A DNA stretch of 63,461 nt, the filler included, from Octopus bimaculoides (lineage: Eukaryota), in NCBI RefSeq assembly GCF_001194135.2. It is 10 parts of 9 records of this genome, joined end to end, with 100 filler letters (N's around TTAATTAATTAA, not from the genome) between each part and the next. Parts side by side here need not be neighbours in the genome. Positions count along the whole stretch, not along the records: positions 20,819 to 30,207 come from NC_068986.1; positions 30,308 to 37,986 come from NC_068981.1; 8 more parts are not named here. One strand, written 5' to 3'. The translations under genes and the position numbers were made by a program. The notes under the pieces were generated by a model that was not told where the DNA came from, searched no databases, and saw nothing but the letters and a program-made list of their open reading frames with translations. Shown here one piece after another: positions 22,805 to 33,043 of the stretch (its first letter is position 1; the number at the start of each line of letters is the position of its first letter).

Positions 22805-22966
22805 ACAACGGGCTTCTTTCAGTTTCCGTCTACCAAATCCATTCACAAGGCTTTGGTCGGGCTGAGGCTATAGAAGACACTTGCCCAAGGTGCCACGCAG
22901 TGAGACTGAACCCGGAGCCATGTGGCAGGTAAGCAAGCTACTTACCACACAGCCACTCCTGCGCCT
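22805..22966 (-). mobile_element. SINE family B, head half
   Basis: Reverse complement of 21769-21935. Confidence 0.9.
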
Positions 22967-23195
22967 ATATATATATATATATATATATAATTGCATTAAA
23001 TAATCATCATATGCCAATTTCCTTCACTTTTCAGTGAATAGCAGATGAGCAACTATTTTTTGATATAGACACAACGCAGGCTACACTTTCTGGATAGATT
23101 TTTGAGGAATAACCCAATTGGTTTACTATTAATTCCGTGAAATATTCATGGGTCCTGCTAGTGTATATATATATATGTGTGTGTGTGTATATATA

Positions 23196-23398
23196 TAAGG
23201 CGGGTGTTGAAAAGTCCTTAGCTTTAATGGTATCATGAAAAGCCTGGTTGGAGGCCCAACCTCCTGAGTTCTTTTACAAGGCTTAGAAGGACTGAAGAAC
23301 CACTGCAATAAGTATGTGAATCTGAGAGGGAATAAAAGCATAATTAACTGATCTTCCTGTGTTTTTTTTCCAAGCCAGGAACTTGTCAGCACCCCTTA
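23196..23398 (+). mobile_element. Non-autonomous Tc1/mariner deletion derivative
   Basis: Imperfect TIRs taaggcgggtgttgaaaagtccttagctt / aagccaggaacttgtcagcacccctta inside (TA)n. The interior resembles the mariner transposase C-terminus (QPPEFF..GL..L.NHCNKYVNLRGE). Confidence 0.65.
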
Positions 23399-23414
23399 TA
23401 TATATATATTGTAT

Positions 23415-23620
23415 ACCACCTGACTGGCCTTCGTGCCGGTGGCACTTAAAAGCAGCCACTACACTCTCGGAGTGGTTGGCGTTAGGAAGGGCATCCAGCT
23501 GTAGAAACTCTGCCAAATCAGATTGGTGCCTGGTGCAGCCTCCTGGCTTCCCAGTCCTCAGTCAAATCGTCCAACCCATACTAGCATGGAAAGCGGACGT
23601 TAAACGATGATGATGATGAT
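23415..23620 (+). mobile_element. Family E retroposon 3' end with (TGA)n tail (likely RTE-LINE-derived or RTE-mobilised)
   Basis: gttggcgttaggaagggcatccagctgtagaaac...gcatggaaagcggacgttaaacgatgatgatg. A degenerate relative follows at about 23640-23870. Confidence 0.75.
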
Positions 23621-24249
23621 GTATTGATGTATGTGAGTGTTTGTGCCATTTTGTCTTGACACGATGTGATAGTTACAAATAAATGTCACCATCAAACAAG
23701 TAGTGTCCTTCATTTCTAGTACCCTGTGAAGAATTGTCCAGTCATAGGGGAACCGTGCTTGGAAACAGGTGAGGATTAATGACAGGGAGGGCATCCAGCC
23801 AGTGACAGTCTGTCCCACTGAATTAGTCTGACCCATGCAAACATGGTAAAGTGGACGTTAAATTGATACACATAAATGGAAAGTATAAGATTTGTCATAT
23901 TAAGAAGACAAATTAGTAAAACCAGTCCTTCTTAACTGTTGTTTAGCTCCTAGTCAATTGTGCTAGAGCAGATCAAAAACCAGAGGCATTTCAGCTATAA
24001 CCATGCACATTATCCAGCATATCCATCTTTCAAGATGGTAGTCTGTGATTTAAGGGAGATTTGACTGCTATTTCTAATGGTTTAGTCTTAGTTGTCATAT
24101 ATTTGTTCAATAATTTTCCCTAATTTATCAGTGTATATTTCTCAACTATGACTTCCACACATGAAAAAATCCTAATTATGTTAAGTTGTGTTCAATGTGC
24201 AAGAATGCAAAAAAAAAAAAAAAAAAAAAAAAATTGCATTTTGCTGTGT

Positions 24250-24620
24250 GATTATGAAGCACGATTTGTAACCATGTAGCTTCATGTTCACACTCGCACT
24301 ACACGTCACTTTCAGTAAGTGTCTTCTACTATAGCTCTGGACAAACTAATGTCTTGTAAAAGTAGATGGAAACTGTGGAAGTGATTGATGTCTATATCTA
24401 TCTATCTATCTATCTAAGTATATACACATACACGTGTGTGTGTGTATTTGTCTCCTAATCGCTTGACGTTCAGTGCTGGTTTGTTTATGTTCCTGCGACT
24501 TGGCAGTTCGGCAGAGTACTCGATAGAATAAGTACTGAACTAGGTTTGTTCAGCTTAACCATTCAAGGCTGTGCCCCAGCATGGTCGTAGTCCAATGGTT
24601 GAAACAAATAAACGGTAAAA
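24250..24620 (+). mobile_element. SINE family B, degenerate
   Basis: aagtgtcttctactatagc ... gatagaataagtac ... gtgccccagcatggtcgtagtc. Confidence 0.7.
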
Positions 24621-25139
24621 GAAGAAAGAAACAGGTTTATTTTGGTATGTCGATCTTCATTCATTCTACCTGAAAAAAAAAGTTAACGAACATTAAAAAC
24701 GACATTGATAACCGTTTTATATTGTAGTAACGCTTACGCATGCGTAAAATTAAACAAGCAAGCGTTTCCCGCTCAATTCATTCTCTTTCTCGCTGGCCAG
24801 CGATTGAGCATGAACGTGTGTTTAAAGCTGTCTCTAATCTTTCGGTCTTATACTCGACAGCTCGTTATTCTCACCTCTAAAGATGTATAACTAAAGATTT
24901 GTATGTNNNNNNNNNNTCGTTATTCTCACCTCTAAAGATGTATAACTAAAGATTTGTATGTTTTACCAAGTAAATAAATGTTGTTTAAGTTGTTTAGTCT
25001 GGAGTTCAGCGTTCCGTCTATTTCTTCAATTTTATAGTAGAAAGTCAGGTATACAATCTAAAGATGTATAACCCACTTTCTACTAAAATATATTAAAACA
25101 TAAATTTGAAAGAAAACTATCCTAACATGTGGTCATTAT

Positions 25140-25380
25140 CGTCGTCATCATTCTTTAACGTCCATTTTCCATGCTGGCTTGGGTTGGAGCGTTTGACCAG
25201 AGATGACAAGCAGACCAGGTGCACCAGGTTCAGTTTGATTTGGCCTGGTTTCTACACGGGTTGTTGCCCTTCTTAACGTCAGTCACTTTACAGTGTGTGC
25301 TGGGTGCTTCTAACGTGGCACTGGCACGAGCGCTTTTTATGTAGCGCCGGCACGAGTGCTTTTTATGTGGCATCAGCATA
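25140..25380 (-). mobile_element. Family E retroposon, degenerate
   Basis: tttaacgtccattttccatgctggcttgggttgga...gcccttcttaacgtcagtcac. Confidence 0.7.
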
Positions 25381-26888
25381 TGACTCTTGTAGGAGAAGCG
25401 GCCTTAACACTTCTGCTGTGAAGGACGGGTTTAAGGAAGTCCGTATAAGAAGAGGTATTTAGTTCTCCTTTGGAAAACAAAAAGTGTAACTCCTCAAGAA
25501 AATGGGCGGTACTTATAACTAAACATTCAGGATTTTGGTGTTGCTTAGCCCCATCTTAACGGAAAACTATAATCAAAGATTCTGAGGTCATCTAGTCTTA
25601 TTTTCCCCTTATACTCTTCAGAAATATTAGTTTCAAGTTTCAATCTTATTGGACTACATTGTCCATTTTAGCTTTTAAAGCTGATGTGGATTGAGAGATG
25701 TTTGACTGCTATTCCTAACAGGCTGTACGACCACATTTAGGCGTTCAGGGAGAGCTGATATTCTGAGGAAGGAGTGGGGTTTGTAGTGTGGAGCTTGGGC
25801 GACCAGAGGAGGAATGACAGGTACGATTAGGTGTCATGTATTATGTGGATTGTAACTAGCTGTTTCAGANNNNNNNNNNNNNNNNNNNNNNNNNNNNNNN
25901 NNNNNNNNNNNNNNNNNNNNNNNNNNNNNNNNNNNNNNNNNNNNNNNNNNNNNNNNNNNNNNNNNNNNNNNNNNNNNNNNNNNNNNNNNNNNNNNNNNNN
26001 NNNNNNNNNNNNNNNNNNNNNNNNNNNNNNNNNNNNNNNNNNNNNNNNNNNNNNNNNNNNNNNNNNNNNNNNNNNNNNNNNNNNNNNNNNNNNNNNNNNN
26101 NNNNNNNNNNNNNNNNNNNNNNNNNNNNNNNNNNNNNNNNNNNNNNNNNNNNNNNNNNNNNNNNNNNNNNNNNNNNNNNNNNNNNNNNNNNNNNNNNNNN
26201 NNNNNNNNNNNNNNNNNNNNNNNNNNNNNNNNNNNNNNNNNNNNNNNNNNNNNNNNNNNNNNNNNNNNNNNNNNNNNNNNNNNNNNNNNNNNNNNNNNNN
26301 NNNNNNNNNNNNNNNNNNNNNNNNNNNNNNNNNNNNNNNNNNNNNNNNNNNNNNNNNNNNNNNNNNNNNNNNNNNNNNNNNNNNNNNNNNNNNNNNNNNN
26401 NNNNNNNNNNNNNNNNNNNNNNNNNNNNNNNNNNNNNNNNNNNNNNNNNNNNNNNNNNNNNNNNNNNNNNNNNNNNNNNNNNNNNNNNNNNNNNNNNNNN
26501 NNNNNNNNNNNNNNNNNNNNNNNNNNNNNNNNNNNNNNNNNNNNNNNNNNNNNNNNNNNNNNNNNNNNNNNNNNNNNNNNNNNNNNNNNNNNNNNNNNNN
26601 NNNNNNNNNNNNNNNNNNNNNNNNNNNNNNNNNNNNNNNNNNNNNNNNNNNNNNNNNNNNNNNNNNNNNNNNNNNNNNNNNNNNNNNNNNNNNNNNNNNN
26701 NNNNNNNNNNNNNNNNNNNNNNNNNNNNNNNNNNNNNNNNNNNNNNNNNNNNNNNNNNNNNNNNNNNNNNNNNNNNNNNNNNNNNNNNNNNNNNNNNNNN
26801 NNNNNNNNNNNNNNNNNNNNNNNNNNNNNNNNNNNNNNNNNNNNNNNNGTTATTAGTGTTTCCTTCTTCGTTCTCACTGTATCTAAAC

Positions 26889-27173
26889 CAGCGGTCCCCA
26901 AACATTTTCGTGCTGCTGCCCTCTTGACATCCAGGCCGTATTCCTAACGCCCCATCATCACTACCACCACAAATTTAGAACAACTGTATTTCACAAATAA
27001 AACTTAATCTAATTAACCCATTAGTTTGTTGTTTTTACATCCATTGCCCCTTTTTGGCGCTACCCCATTATCAGCTCCACTTTCCTTCAACGCCTCCCCG
27101 ATCTTTCCATCGCCCAGACCACCCACCCCACCCGGGGGTGGAGGGCATTAGCGCCCCACTTTGGGAACCACTG
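26889..27173. mobile_element. hAT-superfamily MITE
   Basis: TIRs cagcggtccccaaa / tttgggaaccactg (CAGTGGTTCCCAAA type). Perfect 8-bp TSD ATCTAAAC at 26881-26888 and 27174-27181. Confidence 0.9.
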
Positions 27174-27398
27174 ATCTAAACAATGAAGTTGATAATAAAT
27201 ATGTAAAAACAAAGACTCGAGCATTTGTTTCACAATCGAACTTGGTATTTGTTTTTAAATTTGAAATATCTCGTCGCGCATAATTCAACAATTCGTATTT
27301 CTCTCAATTGTTTCAGTCATTAGATTGCGGCCATGCTGGAGTATCACCTTGAATTTTTTAGTTGAACGAATCGATCCCAGAGCTTATCTTTTTTAAGA

Positions 27399-27605
27399 CA
27401 GAGATCAGAACAGTACTGGAGGAGTATTTTCCGCCACAGACAAGTGAATTTTAGAAGAGGGGCCTTGCAAGACTATCAGATAGATGGAAGAGCATTACAG
27501 AAAATGAAGGAGAGTATATTTTAGATTAAAAAAGGACTTTTGTTTATCCTAATTTTGAAAAATAACAGAAGTATAAAGAAAACCGCATTATTTATGGGAT
27601 GACCC
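27399..27605 (+). pseudogene. Mariner transposase 3' end plus right TIR
   Basis: Reads ..VLEEYFPPQTSEF*KRGLARLSDRWKSITENEGEYILD*, like the mariner C-terminus, then aaaaccgcattatttatgggatgaccc (TIR-like). Confidence 0.8.
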
Positions 27606-27745
27606 TGGCCGATCGCGGTAACACAAAATATCATAGCCAAAAATATGAGTTTTATAACCTCTATGGCAGTTCTCTTGACCAAGATATGACTACACAGTTG
27701 ATCCTAAATGCGATAAAATTGAAATACTTTACTAGTAAAACGTAA

Positions 27746-28327
27746 GGATCTTGTTCAAAACGGGGGCACCAGTTTTCATTTATGTTTTATGTAGTGTTTT
27801 TGGTACCGAAAGACTTTCAAACTTCGTATACTTATCTATTTTGTGTTATAGAACAGAAAAAAATTGTTGTATTCGAATTTATTTCATGTAAAAAATTGTC
27901 TTATTTCGATAATTTCTACTAATCACTGACGTCTATTCAGTTGAAAACAGTTAACGCTGTAACGGTGTATATCGTATTAATCCCCTAACCCTAACCAGAC
28001 TGTTAACCCTAACCCTAACTCTAGAATCCGAACTCTAAAATTGTTACACACATAGATACGCACAGCGTAATTTATTATATAAACAATATATGCGTATAAA
28101 TTACGATTAAACCGGATGAAATATGTCACAGGGAATAACATTTTTATGACCGCCCAGCAGTAACTCTATTCAGCTGAATAGACGTCAGTGATTGGTTGAA
28201 ATTACAGAAATACAATTTTAACATGAAATAACTTGCGATATAGGTTTCTACCAGTGTCCCAAGTTTCAAAGTGTTTCGTTAGTGTTTCGTTAAGAAAATA
28301 CTGGTGCCCCCGTTTTGAACAAGATCC
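27746..28327. mobile_element. TIR element (MITE) with GGATCT termini and internal telomeric hexamers; possibly Merlin-like
   Basis: Perfect 27-bp TIRs ggatcttgttcaaaacgggggcaccag (27746-27772 / 28301-28327). Internal 25-bp inverted pair 27921-27945 / 28169-28193 (24/25). ccctaaccctaac at about 27984-28020. Flanks aaacgtaa / aaacagga match only 5/8. Confidence 0.85.
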
Positions 28328-28962
28328 AAACAGGATAAACATAATTTATATATAATGAATTTATGGTTTCATTTTTTATTCCACTATACTGTCACAGCAT
28401 TGTATTTACAATGTATTTATACTTCTCGCTAAACCACTTTAAATATCTTTCAATAGGTGTGTGACAAAACACACTAAGTTCATTTTCTTGTTTCCATAAA
28501 ATACACTATGCGTCTTATGCGTGATTGCATCTTTTACGCCGGAAAAAGAGGTAAATAAATCTTATTTGGATTAAACCATCCTTTATTAATTTTTATAGTA
28601 TTGAATATGTATAGCTCTGATGTTGCATTAAGATTTTTACAATCTATGGGGCATTTCCTAATCGATCTCTCCAACATTTTTCGATAAAATGCTAAAATAT
28701 CCTTTCGCATTAATAATATTGTTGATATGTCCGATATCTCAACTCGCTTGCTACTCAAACGTCGCCGCACTGTAAGTTAGAGTTACTGTTTAAGCCCAGG
28801 CTTATAGAGTTGGATTCGATCCTGCGTTTTCCCACACTGAAATCATGATTTGATCATTTTCACACACCCAATTGTTATCCAATGGATGGCTGTTGTTCAC
28901 ATGACCATTCGGCGGCTTGTTTAAACTTTCCATGAATATTGCCTATAAATTCAGTCAAATTT

Positions 28963-29035
28963 GTCGCCAATTTCGCAGTGTCACAGACGTCAAAGTCGCC
29001 AATCTTGCAGAGTGTCACAGACGTCAAAGTCGCCA
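28963..29035. repeat. Direct repeat: agtgtcacagacgtcaaagtcgcca twice (28977-29001, 29011-29035)
   Basis: Exact 25-bp duplication with period 34; a third gtcgccaa at 28963. Confidence 0.85.
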
Positions 29036-30028
29036 TAACGTACTCTACTCTCGCCATATTCAAAAAGCCTCGGATGGAGTAGGCGTACACTCTTCTAATA
29101 GCTGCATATTCAACCTGAAATGTTCGAAGAAGACACACCACCACACCTGAATATATATTTGGTAATTCAAATGTTGAGTTTCTAACAAAGTCTTTCTGTG
29201 AATGTCATATTACGCTGTTCCATCTCAATTTTCCCATTAATCATATTGCATGAGCACCTTTTCTATTAATGTAACAAATAAATTTTCTAATACACAAAGA
29301 AACCTCTTTTGTTACATACCCACAGGTAGACAAGGTATTTTTAATCATTGGCTTTATTCATACATAGCGTATCGTTTTCTTTTGAGATGGTAAGGTGTGA
29401 TTCGAGGCAGATTTGGTTATGTTTTTAGCAAGCACTGTTTCCCTCCACGCCTTGCCACATGATCAGATTAACACTAGCATTAAGATTACTCTGTCAAATG
29501 TAATGCTTTTTTATTCATATTATTTTGAAATACTCATGAATTATATACTAGCTTTGAGATTTCGATGTCATTATTTATCTTTAGAATGACATTGTAACGT
29601 AGGTGTGAGAGGCGGGATTTGGCTAGTTTAAACGTGAACCACGAGAATATTTGGGCTTGATATGGCCTGTTTTTAAATGCAAATCGATTATATGCTTGGC
29701 AGGTAGACTGTATGTGAATTTAGATTTTTATCACATTTCTAAATGAATCGGTTATTGTTTTTGGTTTTACTTTTGTATCTGCTTATCAGAAATTTATCTG
29801 AATTTCATACCAAAACAAATATTTTTTCATAATTATATTTGTTGATTATCAAACTTACTTTTAATTATTCACTTCTTCGTTTGATACATTTTAGTTATCA
29901 CTGTAAAAGACATTTATCGCGCATTGTGATTTATTTACTGAATTAATTATTTTATCTATCTTGGGAGTGAGGGTTTTTCGACGGTGTGGTTATTGCTAGT
30001 TGAAAACTACATATGTACAGAGTGTCTG

Positions 30029-30207
30029 GGCTCGTTCCCCTGTTCCCGCCCACGCTGCCGCACTTGCCCTTACCTCTCCAACACCACCCTCCTCACCAGC
30101 ACCCATCACCGATCCTATCGCATCACCGACTCCTTCACCTGCACTTCTACCAACATCATCTATTGCATCTCCTGCTCTCTCTGCTATTCTCTGTACATCG
30201 GACAAAC
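30029..30207 (+). pseudogene. Penelope-like retroelement GIY-YIG endonuclease fragment, cut by a gap
   Basis: GSFPCSRPRCRTCPY..ITDSFTCTSTNIIYCISCSLCYSLYIGQ shows the CxxCxxC motif, FTCxSxNxIY and CxxC..YIGQ, characteristic of PLE GIY-YIG domains. Local GC/C-rich shift. Confidence 0.85.
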
Positions 30208-31217
30208 NNNNNNNNNNNNNNNNNNNNNNNNNNNNNNNNNNNNNNNNNNNNTTAATTAATTAANNNNNNNNNNNNNNNNNNNNNNNNNNNNNNNNNNNNN
30301 NNNNNNNACTTACAAGGAAGTGGCCGCCCGGGGACTATGATTGAGGACACGTGCTCGTAATGGGACTGAACCCAAAGCGATGTAGTTACAAAGCGAATTT
30401 TTTAACTGTAAAGACGTACGTATGTCTATTGAAAACAAAACGGTCGAATTTAATATTTCTTTATTAGATCTTTATGTTGAGTTCGGAACATTTTCGTTCC
30501 TATATCCATTATCATTTCGAAGCTTTCTCAGTCTCATCTTCAGTATGTAAAGACGATACTGGTAGAATTATATCTGCATATCAAATCATCAAATACTCAT
30601 GGGAACCATATTGTAATTTATTCCAATTAAATACTATTGAAATGTTAAATCCAGGCTACTTTCATAGCTTAATTTACATGTGTTGGCGTTTCATTTGCAT
30701 TTTGCTAATACTTCTATACAACACAATATTTGTCCTTGCGTAGCATTTGTTATTTCCTATTTGTTTGCCCCTAGAAAATATGAAAACTAACTAATATTTC
30801 TTTCAAAGCCAAAGAATCCCTCTCAACACATGGTTATGATGCTACCCCACTACTCCTGCTCATGATCGATTGTCTGTGAACTTTGCGATAAAGCTGGCCC
30901 ATCGTAGCTTTGCTATATTATACCGCGGTTAAATATCGAGAATGTATCGTATTTGTAACCCCGATATAAAAGTTTTGCGCGTGAATTTACTAAGTGTGAT
31001 GTTCACTTTGAAATTTTTATATTTGAGGTGCTGATTGAAGTACGCTGCTTACATCTTTGAGATTAAGTGTACATGAGAGTGTGTGTGTGTACGTGGGTGT
31101 GTGTTTGTATGTGTTATATTCTTATATATACATACATACATATATACATTTATATCCAGGAAGAAAGTCACTTACCCACAAACATATATATATATAAATA
31201 CATGTGTGCATGCGTAT

Positions 31218-31252
<35 letters not shown>

Positions 31253-32284
31253 ATTATAAAATCTCACTCACATATACATACCTACTAACACCCACCCAAC
31301 ACACACACGCACATTAGAGAGTATTTATATGAGCCTATCTGTTTATCTACGTGTGTCTACGCGCACGTAGACGATCTTCTCCTGCGCAATACATTCGTAC
31401 AACAAGATTATCACTAGGCGGACATCTTTAAAAGAGATTTCTTCAACGGAGTGGTATTTGTGTACTCTACTCATTATAATTATATCAATCTTTTTTGACA
31501 TTGAAGCAATTAATGTAATTGGGAAGAAGAGAAAATGAAATTATCTTATCTTAACTTACAAGCGCATTATATAAACACATTTAAGTGTGAATATATATAT
31601 ATATATATATATGGTATGTAATGTAGGTATATATGTATTTTTATATGTATATGTGTACTCACGCACACACACGCATATATGTATATATATATATGTATAT
31701 ACACACATATATATATATGTGTGTGTGTGCATGTCTGTAGACATATATACACATATATATATGCACGCACACACACACACGCACAAGCACACATGTATAT
31801 ATGCATTTGTGTGTCTAAGTATACGTGTGCATGCATGGTGTCTGAGTATTTATTAATGTGTATCAATGAGTATATTTGTAATATTTACAAGAANNNNNNN
31901 NNNNNNNNNNNNNNNNNNNNNNNNNNNNNNNNNNNNNNNNNNNNNNNNNNNNNNNNNNNNNNNNNNNNNNNNNNNNNNNNNNNNNNNNNNNNNNNNNNNN
32001 NNNNNNNNNNNNNNNNNNNNNNNNNNNNNNNNNNNNNNNNNNNNNNNNNATGTATATATGCATTTGTGTGTCTAAGTATACGTGTGAATGCATGGTGTCT
32101 GAGTATTTATTAATGTGTATCAATGAGTATATTTGTAATATTTACAAGAATACATTTATATATACACATACACACACATATATGTGTGTGTATGCACATA
32201 CATACATACATACGTACTATCTACCTACCTACCTACCGACCACCTACCTACCTACCTATCTACCTACCTACCTACATACATACA

Positions 32285-32315
<31 letters not shown>

Positions 32316-32902
32316 GTGAAGACCTCAATAAAATGTAAGCACAACAGACCTGATATAATGATTTGGGACAGAGAAGAGAAACTGTGTAGAATCGTGGAAA
32401 ATTAGCGGCCCAGTGGATGTTAACATAAAACTGAAGATCAGTGAAAAAGAGATTACCTACGCTGAACTATTGAGAAATCTGCAATTACTCTATCCAGATT
32501 ACAAATTCAGGTTTATACCTGTAATAATTGGCGGTCTGGGATATGTAACACACTGCCTAAATGCCAATTATGAGAAATTAGGCTTCTCACGACGAGAAAG
32601 GAGAAAGCTAATTCGATGATTACAGATCCAATCCATCACTGGAACTTTAAAAATCTGTAAAACTTTCCAGAAGTTTATCATTTAGATATATATGAGTATG
32701 TCTAGATATGCAAGTATATGCATGAAAATACATACATAAAGCAAAACGTACAAGTCTGCACATATACATACATACATACATACATACCCACAAAAATACC
32801 CTGTTGTTGATGTTGAAATTCCAGTGAAGAAGCTTTAAATCTAGGCTAGAAACCGGCTCTTTCTTCATTGGCAAGCAATCTTGAAATAAAGCTGAACAAT
32901 GA
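32316..32902 (+). mobile_element. 5'-truncated non-LTR retrotransposon with restriction-like endonuclease (R4/Dong/NeSL-type): ORF end plus 3' UTR
   Basis: KTSIKCKHNRPDIMIWDREEKLCRIVE/ISGPVD..KISEKEITYAELL..FIPVIIGGLG..LQIQSITGTLKICKTF contains the RPD..E..K and P(V)IIGxLG motifs of REL domains. One frameshift at about 32400 and one stop. Flanked on both sides by (CATA)n. Confidence 0.85.
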
Positions 32903-33012
32903 CATACATACATACATACAAAAATACATACATACATATATACATACATACATACATACATACATGCATACATACATGCATACATATATACATACACTTG
33001 TATGTATATGTT

Positions 33013-33043
<31 letters not shown>

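Noticed and set aside
24855-24960. Exact duplications across small gaps (also 31787-32148, 53235-53285, 54085-54177)
   Set aside because: Identical sequence on both sides of an N run is the signature of unmerged contig overlaps.
32820-32862. Hammerhead-like gtgaagaagc...gctagaaaccggctc in the R4-like 3' UTR
   Set aside because: The core lacks C3-U4, has an extra base before GAAA, and stem III is imperfect.
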